A stretch of 55,666 bases of DNA from a virus (lineage: Duplodnaviria; Caudoviricetes): the IMG/VR virus record IMGVR_UViG_3300018080_000024, positions 1 to 55,666 of that record, one strand, 5' to 3'. The notes under the pieces are model-generated. The model saw only the letters and a list, made by a program, of their open reading frames with translations, was not told the origin of the DNA and searched no databases. Below are positions 43,368 to 53,205 of this stretch, piece after piece. Positions within the stretch are counted from its first letter, which is position 1, and every line of letters starts with the position of its first letter. The position numbers and the translations under genes were made by a program.

Positions 43368-44402
43368 ATGCTGAGACACAGAGGCGGATACGCGTCAAAC
43401 GCAAACAAGCTCCGTCTGACCGCGACGACGGCAGGCGCAGGCCAGACGGTGACGCTACAACGGATCACCCACTCTCGTCCGTCAACAGTCCAGTGGGGCG
43501 ACGGGGCCGTCGACAGTCACGGCGCGGACTATACGGGGCCCTGGACGCACACGTATACCGATGCGGGGACGTACGAGGTCTGTGTCCACCATGCGGACCG
43601 GATCACCGGCGTGGACCTGCGCGACAGCAAGATCAGCGGACTCAACACCGTGCAGCTGCGGCGGTCGGTACTAACGCGGTTCTGGGCCACTGGTCTAGAC
43701 GCAACTACGGCCAATGTCATCAGGTCCGCCGACATGATCAACTGGCGACCGACGCTCTGGTATCTGTATTCGATGCCCGCGGGGGCGTACGACATCGACT
43801 CCGCGCACATGGTCGACTGGCGACCGACGCTCTGGTCTCTGCGCTCGATGCCCGCAGGGACGTACGACATCGACTCCGCGCACATGGTCGACTGGCGACC
43901 GTTGAGCTGGTATCTGTTTTTGATGCCCGCAGGGACGTACGACATCGACTCCGCCGACATGGTCGACTGGCGACCGACGAATTGGCGGTTGTACTCGATG
44001 CCCGCAGGGACGTACGACATCGACTCCGCCGACATGGTCGACTGGCGACCGCTGTACTTGTGGCTGTACTCGATGCCCGCGGCAGGATCGTCCTACGCGT
44101 TTGCGGCGACGTGCATGCGCAACTGGACGGGGGCGGAACTTATCTACTGCCAAGACCTCGGGCTGCTACAGGCCACGGTGGACGCGATTATCGCCGACGT
44201 CTGGGTGGGGCGCGCGGGGTATACGTACGCCACGCCAGAGCTCAATGTGGGCGGCACCAACGCGACGCCGACGGGCGTGTATCAGGACGGCTACCCGCTG
44301 CCGCTCACGGCGCTAGAGGCTGTGCACGATCTTGTCAACGACGACGATGCGGCGGGGATCAATACATGGTCGGTGACCTGGAATGGCGGTAGCGCACCAT
44401 GA
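43368..44402 (+). CDS. PKD-like plus LRR-like repeat protein (putative virion adhesin)
   Basis: VQWGDG...THTYTDAGTYEV (PKD-like), then five 25-aa repeats. Confidence 0.7.
   Translation: MLRHRGGYASNANKLRLTATTAGAGQTVTLQRITHSRPSTVQWGDGAVDSHGADYTGPWTHTYTDAGTYEVCVHHADRITGVDLRDSKISGLNTVQLRRSVLTRFWATGLDATTANVIRSADMINWRPTLWYLYSMPAGAYDIDSAHMVDWRPTLWSLRSMPAGTYDIDSAHMVDWRPLSWYLFLMPAGTYDIDSADMVDWRPTNWRLYSMPAGTYDIDSADMVDWRPLYLWLYSMPAAGSSYAFAATCMRNWTGAELIYCQDLGLLQATVDAIIADVWVGRAGYTYATPELNVGGTNATPTGVYQDGYPLPLTALEAVHDLVNDDDAAGINTWSVTWNGGSAP
43725..44081 (+). repeat. Five 75-bp tandem repeats
   Basis: Units start at 43725, 43800, 43875, 43950 and 44025; consensus SA(D/H)MVDWRPxxWxLxSMPAGTYDID. Confidence 0.95.
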
Positions 44403-45172
44403 GAATCAAGACGACGGCTCGCCCGCGGCTGTACACGCTGCTACACGACGGCGAGGTGGTGACTAGCGGCGTGCTACACGCTGGCGACTATATGGCCACC
44501 AGCCTGGACGCGGTACACGCCGAGGACGAGGGCGAGTATCTGGCGTCGCTGGCGCCGGTGCGCGCTGCGTTCCCACCGCTGCCAGACTCTGGTCGCGTCG
44601 AGGCCAACGTCATCTACCAACACGGTGACCAGGTGGTCATGGTCAGACAGCCGCATGATCGCGGCGTGTACGGCGATGATCCGAGCTCGTATCCGACACT
44701 GTGGCTGGTGTACCGTGAGGACGCCGCCGATGTGCTACCGTGGATCGCTGGCGAGCAGGTGTGGCGCGGTACGCGGCGCGTGTACGACGACGTGACCTAC
44801 GAGGCCGTCCAGGACCACGTGACCCAGAGCGATTGGACGCCGCCTGCTACGCTGCTCACGCTGTGGTCGGTGGTTGACGATGAGGAGCCGCCGGACGAGC
44901 CGCAGCCGTGGGCGCCTAAGGTGTATGCGCTGGACGATTTGGCGACACACCTGGGGCGCGTGTGGCTATCCCTGATGAACGGGAACGGCTACGAGCCGTC
45001 CAAGGCGGGCACGTGGCGTGATCAAAGCGATCCACCGATGTGGGTAGCGCCGTCTGGGGCTATCGGCGTGTGGAACGAGGGCGATGTGGCGACCCACGGC
45101 GGCCAAACTTGGCGGAGCGAGATTGACAACAACGTCTGGGCTCCGGGCGAGTATGGTTGGGCGGCAATATAG
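44399..45172 (+). CDS. Carbohydrate-binding (CBM5/12-like) repeat protein
   Basis: Trp-rich modules: YEAVQDHVTQSDWTPP, THLGRVWLS and GDVATHGGQTWRSEIDNNVWAPGEYGW. Confidence 0.7.
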   Translation: MRIKTTARPRLYTLLHDGEVVTSGVLHAGDYMATSLDAVHAEDEGEYLASLAPVRAAFPPLPDSGRVEANVIYQHGDQVVMVRQPHDRGVYGDDPSSYPTLWLVYREDAADVLPWIAGEQVWRGTRRVYDDVTYEAVQDHVTQSDWTPPATLLTLWSVVDDEEPPDEPQPWAPKVYALDDLATHLGRVWLSLMNGNGYEPSKAGTWRDQSDPPMWVAPSGAIGVWNEGDVATHGGQTWRSEIDNNVWAPGEYGWAAI

Positions 45173-45175
45173 GCT

Positions 45176-46192
45176 ATGCCCTATGATGGGAAGGACGATC
45201 CCGGGCTGCCGGATCGCGTGAAGGCGTGGTCTGAGGATCGACGCATCACCTGGGTGCGAGCGTGGAACCGCAGCTTTTCGGCTTGTCGGCGCGACGGCGG
45301 GGACAACAGTGAGTGTGAGGGGGAGGCGTTCCGTATCGCCTACACCGCAGCGAACGCGCAAACACGTGAGGCAGTGGTCGAGCTAGAGTGGATCGACGCT
45401 CTCACAGAAGGCGGCCCAGGCTCCGGCAACTGGGGGCACAAAGGGATCAAGGGGCGGCGGGGCGGGAGCGCGCCTAGGGGCGGCGGAGGGGTTGCCGGAC
45501 AGTATCTGCGAGCCAACTATATCGGCGCCGAGCCGCCTTTATCAATGTGCGGGCTAGACAAGTTCGCGGGCGAGGTCGACCCATTCAACCCAACTCACTC
45601 GGAAGACCTTGTGCTGAAGGAGATTCTCCACGCGCAAGGATTCGATGGTCTCCCACAGGTTGTCGATGAGTTGGCGGTTCCAGAGGGTGGCGTAGAGCTT
45701 TGGCGCGGAGTCGCGACGGGGGAACAGGCGGAACAGTTTCGTAGCGGCGATCTCTATTCAGGACGAGGTGGTGGCGGATCAGGCACTTATACGACGACCG
45801 ATCAAGGATACGCACAGAACTACTCCGGTGGGACACCTGATGCTGTGGTTCACATGGCCTTGCGGCCAGGAGCTAAGACAATCACGAATGACGAGCTCAG
45901 AGAGATACGCGCTCAGTATAAGGAGCGGCTCGCTGGGCGTCCGAGCCCGGAGGAGCAGAAACAGCTATTCACGCAATATAGACGGGCGCAGCGAGAGGGG
46001 CGCCAGGCCGATGCCGACGAGTATATGAAACGTCTTGATGGGAGCCCGCATCCGCAACGCGAACAGCTGGAGCGGGCATACGCGGACCCTGGGAGGCTCG
46101 CCGCCGCGATGGGCTATGACGCCATCGATCAAGGCTTTGACGTCTATTTGATCCTGAATAGGACCGCACTGATCGTCGAGGCGGGGCAATGA
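45176..46192 (+). CDS. ChaB-like N-terminus fused to putative ADP-ribosyltransferase-like domain
   Basis: MPY...LPDRVK...W..AWN...E.EAFRIAY; GGPGSGNWGH.G..G.RGGS linker; LWRG...GSGTYTT...AQNY...GYDAI...YLILNR. Confidence 0.55.
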   Translation: MPYDGKDDPGLPDRVKAWSEDRRITWVRAWNRSFSACRRDGGDNSECEGEAFRIAYTAANAQTREAVVELEWIDALTEGGPGSGNWGHKGIKGRRGGSAPRGGGGVAGQYLRANYIGAEPPLSMCGLDKFAGEVDPFNPTHSEDLVLKEILHAQGFDGLPQVVDELAVPEGGVELWRGVATGEQAEQFRSGDLYSGRGGGGSGTYTTTDQGYAQNYSGGTPDAVVHMALRPGAKTITNDELREIRAQYKERLAGRPSPEEQKQLFTQYRRAQREGRQADADEYMKRLDGSPHPQREQLERAYADPGRLAAAMGYDAIDQGFDVYLILNRTALIVEAGQ

Positions 46193-46470
46193 TCACTCCA
46201 GCGCTCAGTCGGCGGCTTGCTGTAGTGCGTCCTTTCGCTCCGTTTGAACAGATGGATGACCGTGAATGGGAGCGCTTCCTTACCCGCGCTCAGACAGCCG
46301 AAAGATTCGAGGCGCTGCGTGACGAGGATCAAGGGGCGGTGATTCGAGCGGAAGCGCAGATGCCCGCCATTCTCAGGACGCGATGGAAGAGGATCGAGCA
46401 AGAGCGGAAGCCCCAATTCACAGTGGTCGAGATCGAGTGGCCCCGTGATGACGGGCCCGCGGCCGAGTAG
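46189..46470 (+). CDS. Small hypothetical protein (possible immunity partner)
   Basis: 93 aa, ATGA-coupled to the ART-like gene. Confidence 0.5.
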   Translation: MITPALSRRLAVVRPFAPFEQMDDREWERFLTRAQTAERFEALRDEDQGAVIRAEAQMPAILRTRWKRIEQERKPQFTVVEIEWPRDDGPAAE

Positions 46471-46478
46471 GAGGTCAT

Positions 46479-47852
46479 ATGGCAAGCAACCTGTACCTGC
46501 GGATCGATGACCAGCGAGTTGCTATGCAAGAGCTCGTTGACACCTGGCGTGAGGTCCACGATGTCCAGGAGGCGGCGACGGTCAAGGCCCAGGCGCAGGC
46601 GCTCATGCGCCAACTGACCTCGTTCCTCAAGGACCGCACGATCCCTGAGGCGCTGCGCAAGGAAGTCGAGGACGTGCGCGTGGCCTTGCGGCGCAAGTGG
46701 GAAGACCTCGAGGCGGAAGCCTCGGCTGGCGTAGAGGAGCCGAGCGAGGAAGGCCCGGGCGTGCCGTACACGGACCTGCCTTGGATGAGTGCGGAGACCG
46801 CTGAGGCCGCCGGGCCCGTGACTTTTGCTGAATCGGCGTCGGCGCGGATCGTGGACGTGGACTTGGGCGAGGCGGCCCCCGGCGACGATGAGCCGCTGGT
46901 GTACGTGGACTTTGTAGTCATCGAGCCAGGCTGGGGCAACACCCGCGACAACAACTACTACTCGCCCGAGATGGTGCGGGAGTATGCACACAAGTTCCAG
47001 GGTGCGAAGATGTACCCGACAGAGCACGACTCTCGGGCCAAGACCGTCGAGCGCGAGTGGGCAGAGATTATCAAATGCCCTGTGGACTTTACGGAGACGG
47101 GCGCCCCTATCGGGCGTGCCGCCGTCTACAACAAGGACATGGCGTACAGTGTGCGCCAACGCGCCAAGGCCGGGCGGCTCGAATCGCTCCAGTGCTCGAT
47201 CCACGCGGTAGGCGACGTGGAGCGGGGCTACAAAGCGGGCGGGCGCTCGGGCAACAAGGTCAAGAGCATCAAGCACGTCGAGTCGGTGGACCTCGTGTCG
47301 CGCGCTGGGGCAGGTGGGCGGGCGGTGGCGATGTTCCAGGAGGATTCAGGAGGGATTATCATGAGCGATGCTGAGCGAGTGACTGAGAACGATGAGCCGG
47401 TTGTGGAGATACAGGAGATACATGAAGCCGAGGCCGCCGCGACGCCTACCGAAGCGGCAGAGACGTCGGTGACGGAGGATCAGCCGACGGAGGTGCTGAC
47501 CGCATCGGACATCGTGACCGCGCTCACGGAAGCCAGCCTGCCAAACGCAGCGATGGTCGCCTTGTCCAAGCGGACGTATGATACGCGGGAGGAGCTCGAC
47601 GCGGCCATCGCGGAAACCCAAACCATCATCGACGCGGTGGTGGCGGAGGCCAGCGTTGCGTCGGGCAAAGGTCCTGCTAAGGCCCAAGCGCCAGAGGCCA
47701 ACAAGTGGCGCCGGTTCAGCGAAGGTTCAGCGGCCTTCGGGCTGGGCACCGCAACGCCGCCAGATCAGAAAGGCGCGACAGGCACACTGAACGTCGCCGA
47801 GGACCACGGCAAGAACGTGGACGCAATCTTTGAGAAGTGGGGCACCGCCTAG
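46479..47852 (+). CDS. Prohead protease / scaffold fusion
   Basis: IEPGWGN..DNNYY, MYPTEH, CSIHA.G and SVDLVSRAGAGG; acidic Ala-rich C-terminal scaffold. Confidence 0.8.
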   Translation: MASNLYLRIDDQRVAMQELVDTWREVHDVQEAATVKAQAQALMRQLTSFLKDRTIPEALRKEVEDVRVALRRKWEDLEAEASAGVEEPSEEGPGVPYTDLPWMSAETAEAAGPVTFAESASARIVDVDLGEAAPGDDEPLVYVDFVVIEPGWGNTRDNNYYSPEMVREYAHKFQGAKMYPTEHDSRAKTVEREWAEIIKCPVDFTETGAPIGRAAVYNKDMAYSVRQRAKAGRLESLQCSIHAVGDVERGYKAGGRSGNKVKSIKHVESVDLVSRAGAGGRAVAMFQEDSGGIIMSDAERVTENDEPVVEIQEIHEAEAAATPTEAAETSVTEDQPTEVLTASDIVTALTEASLPNAAMVALSKRTYDTREELDAAIAETQTIIDAVVAEASVASGKGPAKAQAPEANKWRRFSEGSAAFGLGTATPPDQKGATGTLNVAEDHGKNVDAIFEKWGTA

Positions 47853-47897
47853 GCTGCGCCCCGACCATACGCCTAGACGGCAGCAAGGAGTCAAACG

Positions 47898-48467
47898 ATG
47901 ACCACTGAATTCAGCAGCGGATCGGACTGGGAGCAGAGCAGCGGCCCGCTCATTGAGCGTAACGCGCTAGAGGCAGACTGCTGGCCCAACAGCAACGATG
48001 TCGCAGGGAAAGATGATCTTGCGCCAGGACTCCATCCCATCCAGGCCATCGGCCCCAAGGCGGATCGGCCAGAATTGGTGTGTGGGGTGCTGGTGAGCTA
48101 CAACGCGACGCTGGACCGCGGCGTGCTCAACATCGCACCGGGGTTTATCAGTCGGCACTATATCGCCAACGTGCTTACCTACAATGCCGGCACCCCGAAC
48201 ACATGGAGTGGTACGCTGACGGCAGGACAGGTCGTGTACGTCGACGACTCGGATGACTTGGCCGCAGGGGTGACTCTGAGCCTGTCGCCATTGAATGACG
48301 CGGGCGCAGCCAACCCGATTGCAGGTGTTGTGTGGCGTTGTCAAGATGAAGAGCCGGACGCGGACATCGGCGGGGCCAATACGGACCCTTACCCGCGCTC
48401 GTTCACTGGCAACGACGCGACATACTACCTCGAGGCGTGTGTCATGCTGTGGCCCGCCGCCAGCTAG
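47898..48467 (+). CDS. Putative head decoration/cement protein
   Basis: 189 aa between scaffold and major capsid genes; AGQVVY motif. Confidence 0.6.
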   Translation: MTTEFSSGSDWEQSSGPLIERNALEADCWPNSNDVAGKDDLAPGLHPIQAIGPKADRPELVCGVLVSYNATLDRGVLNIAPGFISRHYIANVLTYNAGTPNTWSGTLTAGQVVYVDDSDDLAAGVTLSLSPLNDAGAANPIAGVVWRCQDEEPDADIGGANTDPYPRSFTGNDATYYLEACVMLWPAAS

Positions 48468-48536
48468 ACTAGGCCGCCGCTAGAGGTCGTGACGTACTAT
48501 GCGCACGGCACAGAGCGGGGCAGACAAGGAGACATC

Positions 48537-49679
48537 ATGCGACACATCGTAGGCACTATGATGGACCTGGCGACCCTTCGCCTAGAAGAGAGCGGCCAGC
48601 CCCAACGGATCAGCGAGGTCCGGGATATGTTCGGCGCATTCGACTTGGCGCTGAACGGCGTGCGCACGGTAGGCCGCGGCTATGAGGGGCCCGAGAGCCT
48701 CATCACCGAGGTTATGACCACCGCCGACTTCACCTATGCCCTGGGCGAGTTCGTCCAGCGGCAGATCATCCCGGGGTATCAGCAGAAGCGGTTTGAGTTC
48801 GAGCCGCTCATCAAAGAGGATCGCCTCCCGAACTACATGGTGGCGACTCGGTACCAGCGCCGGAGCGAACTCGACGACCTCGAGTACGTGGGCGAAAAGG
48901 GCGAGGCGCGTCCGGGCAGTGTAAACGACGCGACGCCGCGTGAGTATCAGGTGTACGACTGGCAGAAGCAGTTCGACTTCGACTTCCACGCGCTCGTGAA
49001 CGATGACCTGGGCTACTTCCAAGACCAAGGCCGGATGATGGGGCGCAGCGCCCGACGGACGCTCGAAAAGTTTGTCAGCCGCATGTACACCAACGCCACC
49101 AGCATCGCCAGACTCACTGGCCTGGGAGCGCTCTACTCGCAGACCGGACGCCTCACGTCAACGCGCATCAGCGAGGCCCGCATGGCCTTCGCACAGCGCA
49201 CCGACGCCCGGGGCGAGCCGATCATGGTTTCGCTGCGCTACCTGGTCCACCACACGGGGCTCATTGATCAGGTGCGGGTCATCCGCGCCAGCCAGCTCAT
49301 CCCCGAGCTCGCGACCAATGCGGCCAACGTGATCAGCGGCGACTTCACGCCCATCGAGGACCCGTACATGGCGGGGACCGCGCCAAACCTCCCATGGTAC
49401 TGCTTCTCGAATTGGCAAGAGGACAACGTGGTGCCGCTGGTGCTGGCTCGGCTACAGATGCTCCCGGCCCCGCAGCTGATCCGCAAGCGCAGCGACATGG
49501 AGACGTTCACCAGCTTCCAGGCTGGCGGGTCGCCGCTGTCGCCGATGCTGGGCGACTTTGCGACGGGCAACGTGGTCGTCAAGGTTTGGGACGTCTGGGG
49601 CACCTACATGGACACGGTGACTGAGGGCAATCTGTTTGACTTCCGTGGCGCGTACTACAGCGCCGGGACCGCTCCATAG
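48537..49679 (+). CDS. Major capsid protein (HK97 fold, Mu gpT-like)
   Basis: 380 aa; MTTADF..AL, LEYVGEKGE and ALVNDDLG...GRSARRT motifs; synteny. Confidence 0.85.
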   Translation: MRHIVGTMMDLATLRLEESGQPQRISEVRDMFGAFDLALNGVRTVGRGYEGPESLITEVMTTADFTYALGEFVQRQIIPGYQQKRFEFEPLIKEDRLPNYMVATRYQRRSELDDLEYVGEKGEARPGSVNDATPREYQVYDWQKQFDFDFHALVNDDLGYFQDQGRMMGRSARRTLEKFVSRMYTNATSIARLTGLGALYSQTGRLTSTRISEARMAFAQRTDARGEPIMVSLRYLVHHTGLIDQVRVIRASQLIPELATNAANVISGDFTPIEDPYMAGTAPNLPWYCFSNWQEDNVVPLVLARLQMLPAPQLIRKRSDMETFTSFQAGGSPLSPMLGDFATGNVVVKVWDVWGTYMDTVTEGNLFDFRGAYYSAGTAP

Positions 49680-49713
49680 ACTGAGGCAACTATACGACAC
49701 GGAGGATGCGATC

Positions 49714-50031
49714 ATGAGGAGACGGACAACGGTGGCAGCGAATCGGCGGCCAGACTACATCGAGCGTGGAAGCGACCAGCACGCGGGACTCCTCGGCCTG
49801 CGCAAGGCGACGGAGGACGACGGCGATCTAGTCTATGAGGGCTGGACGCTCCAGGACCCTAACATGCTCGGACCGACAGCGACTGAGCGAGCGATCAGGA
49901 CGGTGCTGAGGCAGAAGGTGACGGAGCTCAAGCAGCCGATGCCGGATTATCAAAGCGATGATCCGACAGCGCCGTTCTACGCCCCGCCGATGATGCTGCC
50001 ACCGAAGATAAGGGCGCAGCAGGAGGCGTGA
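49714..50031 (+). CDS. Hypothetical protein
   Basis: 105 aa, SD GGAGG. Confidence 0.6.
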   Translation: MRRRTTVAANRRPDYIERGSDQHAGLLGLRKATEDDGDLVYEGWTLQDPNMLGPTATERAIRTVLRQKVTELKQPMPDYQSDDPTAPFYAPPMMLPPKIRAQQEA

Positions 50032-50032
50032 C

Positions 50033-51028
50033 ATGAATGTGATGGCTGAGCAGATGGTCGGGCGCCCGACGATCATGCAGCGCGAGCCGCAGTTCTTTGG
50101 CGGGCAGTTCGGGGTGAAGGGCTCCGACAGCCCCCTAGGATGGCGCACCCATCCTGATGCGGTCATACTGTACGTGGACAGCGGGCATCCCAACGCCCTG
50201 GACACCAACGACGGTACGGACCCGACGGCGCCCTTGGCGACCGTCCAGGCCGCCGTCAACTCAAGCCTCCTCACGCCCTACAGCGAAATCAGGGTGAGCG
50301 GTGAGGTGGCCGAGGACGTCGTCACGCCGGACTATGCGACAGGCCCGAACTATGTCTGGATCCGCGGCAACGGCATCAGTCGCTACAGTCCGGCATGGAG
50401 CGGCGACGATGCGGACACGGCCAGCCTAGACATGCGAGCCGTTGGCTGGCGTGTGAGCGGCTTTCGCTTCTATGGCAAGACAGGGGCGTCCTGCCTCGTG
50501 TTGCGCCACACGGATAGCGGGGCCAACGACATCGCCATCCGGACGGTCGTCCACGACTGCTACTTTGACGGGCTGACCACGGGGCTGCGCGGCATCGAGT
50601 CGCACGGCTGCTATGACGTCTGGGTCGTCAACTGCACGTTTGCCCTGTTCAACAACGTGGGCAACACTGCGTTTTGCATGGAGACCACCACGACCCCGCT
50701 GGCGATTCCGTACCGCAACTACATCCTCGGCTGCTACTTCCACGACTCGGACAACGGCGTGGAGTGGAGCATGAATGGCAGCTTCATCCTCGGTTGCCTC
50801 TTCCAGCCTACGGGCTACGCCTATGCTATGATCCAGGTGCTCAACACCTCGACGGTGGCGAACCCTGGTGATGACAACATCGTGGCGGAGAACGTGTTCC
50901 CGGGCGACTATAGCATTGCGGGCGGCTATCGCCCCGGCGCTGCTGATGCCTGGCTGGGCAACTGGGCCGACGATACGGCGGAGGCTGAGGTCGGGGACAA
51001 CGGCATCACCATCGCCCGACCAACGTAG
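50033..51028 (+). CDS. Right-handed beta-helix (pectin-lyase-like) protein, paralog 1
   Basis: LYVDS...DGTDPTAPLATVQAAV cap, then repeated VHDCYF, VVNCTF, ILGCYF rungs. Confidence 0.7.
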   Translation: MNVMAEQMVGRPTIMQREPQFFGGQFGVKGSDSPLGWRTHPDAVILYVDSGHPNALDTNDGTDPTAPLATVQAAVNSSLLTPYSEIRVSGEVAEDVVTPDYATGPNYVWIRGNGISRYSPAWSGDDADTASLDMRAVGWRVSGFRFYGKTGASCLVLRHTDSGANDIAIRTVVHDCYFDGLTTGLRGIESHGCYDVWVVNCTFALFNNVGNTAFCMETTTTPLAIPYRNYILGCYFHDSDNGVEWSMNGSFILGCLFQPTGYAYAMIQVLNTSTVANPGDDNIVAENVFPGDYSIAGGYRPGAADAWLGNWADDTAEAEVGDNGITIARPT

Positions 51029-51036
51029 GAGGACAC

Positions 51037-51330
51037 ATGCCTGAGTATGGCCGATTCGAGAAAGTAGAGACACTCCTTGAGCGTGTTGAGGAGGACATGC
51101 GCGCAGCCATTGCCAACGGTGATGGTGACGCCATGGGCGCTATCCGGCGAGAGAAATCGGCGGCGATCCGACGCATCTTGGCCCCCGTCATCGAGACCCA
51201 GGAGGGCTGCTCCAATATGGCTGAGCTTTGCGCCGTCATGAAGGAATGTTCGGCTGCGGAGCGGGCGGTCCTGACGCCGTTCACTAAGGTGGCGACAGAC
51301 CGCATCATCCGAGAGACCGCCGGGGTGTAA
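51037..51330 (+). CDS. Hypothetical protein
   Basis: 97 aa, SD AGGAGG. Confidence 0.6.
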   Translation: MPEYGRFEKVETLLERVEEDMRAAIANGDGDAMGAIRREKSAAIRRILAPVIETQEGCSNMAELCAVMKECSAAERAVLTPFTKVATDRIIRETAGV

Positions 51331-51359
51331 GGGGACGCATCGGGCGATAGGAGATCACT

Positions 51360-52343
51360 ATGCCAGCAACTGATGTTCGTGTCCCATCCTGGTCGCTCCA
51401 GAGGCTCAAGCCCTGGTACCCATCGCAATATGGGGTACCGGGGACGGACCTGACGACTGGGCTCCGGCGCTACCCAGACTCCAAGGTGCTCTATGTGGAC
51501 CCCAACGCGACCGGGGTGACGGACCAACGCGACGGGACGGACCCCGATGCTCCGCTAGCGACTGTGGCGGCGGCTATCACCAAGTGCCGCTCGTGGCATG
51601 GCGACATTATCATTGTCCGTCACATGGACGCGTGGCAGTACGCGCCGCAGACGGAGACGCCCATCCAGGAGAGCGTGACCGTGGACAAGCACGGGATCGC
51701 CATCCTGGGCGTCTCGCCGGGGTCGCCGCTAGGCCCTGTCTGGCAACCCGGTGGAGCTGGCGAGACGGCCATCACCGTTGCTGCCCTAGACGTGCGCATC
51801 GCCGGATTCTGTTTCGGGGCTCCTCTCGGGGGCAACGCGATCTATTCCGAGTGGGACGGGGCGACGCTGTGGGGCGAGAACCTGGTCATTGAGGATTGCT
51901 TCTTTGACGACGAAGTGGACATCGCCATTCAGCTCGAATACTCGTGGAACTGCTGGATCAGGCGCTGTGTGTTCCAAGAGTGCGATGCGTACGGCATCTA
52001 CATCGACCCAGCAGGGAGCGGCATAGACTATCTCCACGTCAGCGACTGCGAGTTCCGTGACGTGGGGACAAGTGCCATCTCGGGTCGGGTGCTAGACAGC
52101 AGCGAGATACTGCGCTGCCGAGTGTGGAACAGCAATGCCTACGGCGCGGCGGCAGCGACTGACGAAGGGTTTGATCTGGCGGGAGGAGACGAAAACATCA
52201 TCGCCGACTGCTGGTTTTCATGCCTGCTACCTGTTCCGGCCAACGGCGACTGGGATGATCTCAACAGCGACGGTGCGCCCGCGACGAGTGCCTGGATCGG
52301 CAATTACTGTATGGACGGGCTCGCTGTCACGAATCCAACGTAG
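51360..52343 (+). CDS. Right-handed beta-helix protein, paralog 2
   Basis: LYVDP...DGTDPDAPLATVAAAI; IEDCFF, IRRCVF, VSDCEF, IADCWF rungs; ends AWIGN...NPT like paralog 1. Confidence 0.7.
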   Translation: MPATDVRVPSWSLQRLKPWYPSQYGVPGTDLTTGLRRYPDSKVLYVDPNATGVTDQRDGTDPDAPLATVAAAITKCRSWHGDIIIVRHMDAWQYAPQTETPIQESVTVDKHGIAILGVSPGSPLGPVWQPGGAGETAITVAALDVRIAGFCFGAPLGGNAIYSEWDGATLWGENLVIEDCFFDDEVDIAIQLEYSWNCWIRRCVFQECDAYGIYIDPAGSGIDYLHVSDCEFRDVGTSAISGRVLDSSEILRCRVWNSNAYGAAAATDEGFDLAGGDENIIADCWFSCLLPVPANGDWDDLNSDGAPATSAWIGNYCMDGLAVTNPT

Positions 52344-52351
52344 GAGGTGCT

Positions 52352-52546
52352 ATGGCTGCTCAGGAGGACAAGCTGGTGCATCTTGGCGCGTCAGCAGAGA
52401 CGGCTGCGGCGTTGGTCGCGGCGGGATTGGGCCTTCCGGCGGATATCGCCAACGCATCGGAGGAAACGCTGGAGACGGTCCTCGGCGAGGAGTGGGCGAG
52501 CCTCATCGACTCGCGTATCTCACGCTCGCGTGAGGATCAGGAGTAG
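52352..52546 (+). CDS. Small HhH-like hypothetical protein
   Basis: 64 aa; TAAALVAAGL...DIANASEETL. Confidence 0.55.
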   Translation: MAAQEDKLVHLGASAETAAALVAAGLGLPADIANASEETLETVLGEEWASLIDSRISRSREDQE

Positions 52547-52551
52547 AGCGG

Positions 52552-53205
52552 ATGAGTTGTACTGGCCGCTTCGCTGAGGCCTACGACTATGTGCGCTTCG
52601 GCTGCCTGGACCATGACCTTGTGGTCGGGTTTGATGATGGCGGCGGCGTCGCTGTGGCAACGCTCCAGGACCTTGCGCAGGACTTTGTAGCGCTGGGGAC
52701 TGAGGTGGGAATGCCGGTCAAAAACGCCACGACTGGTACGCTCGGCAAGGTCACCAACGTCGCGACGAACGTGCTCACGACGAACATCACGTGGAGCGAC
52801 GGTGACGAGTACCGGCTGCTGATCATGGACGTAGAGCTGGTCGCCATTGTCGAGGAGGAGCTGGACCGGGCCGCTGGCGACATCCACGAGGCCATGATGG
52901 CGGCCAACGCCTGCGACTGTACGCTCAGCGCGAGTTCACGGACCTACCTCAACAAGCTCAACGTCATCGACGCGGCGATCTGGCACAACTGCCCGTGTGA
53001 GAATCCGAACCTAAGCGACGAGCGCAAGACGCAGCTGAGCATGTGGATCACCGAGCGACTCACGGCTATTGCGGACGGACGCGTGGAGCTCTGCCAAGGG
53101 CACACCGGTACCTTGTGGCCATCGTTCGGAGCAGCGCAGCAGGTCCATACCGTCTGGGACGCCGAAAAGATCATCTATGACGCCGAACTGAGGGAGTCGG
53201 GATAG
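52552..53205 (+). CDS. Putative head-tail adaptor
   Basis: LDRAAGDI and WITERLTAIADGRVEL (gp36/gp6-like C-terminal pattern); synteny. Confidence 0.6.
   Translation: MSCTGRFAEAYDYVRFGCLDHDLVVGFDDGGGVAVATLQDLAQDFVALGTEVGMPVKNATTGTLGKVTNVATNVLTTNITWSDGDEYRLLIMDVELVAIVEEELDRAAGDIHEAMMAANACDCTLSASSRTYLNKLNVIDAAIWHNCPCENPNLSDERKTQLSMWITERLTAIADGRVELCQGHTGTLWPSFGAAQQVHTVWDAEKIIYDAELRESG

Noticed and set aside
43725-44081. Diversity-generating retroelement
   Set aside because: No reverse transcriptase or non-coding template repeat is visible; the units are in-frame tandem repeats and the differences are not adenine-specific.
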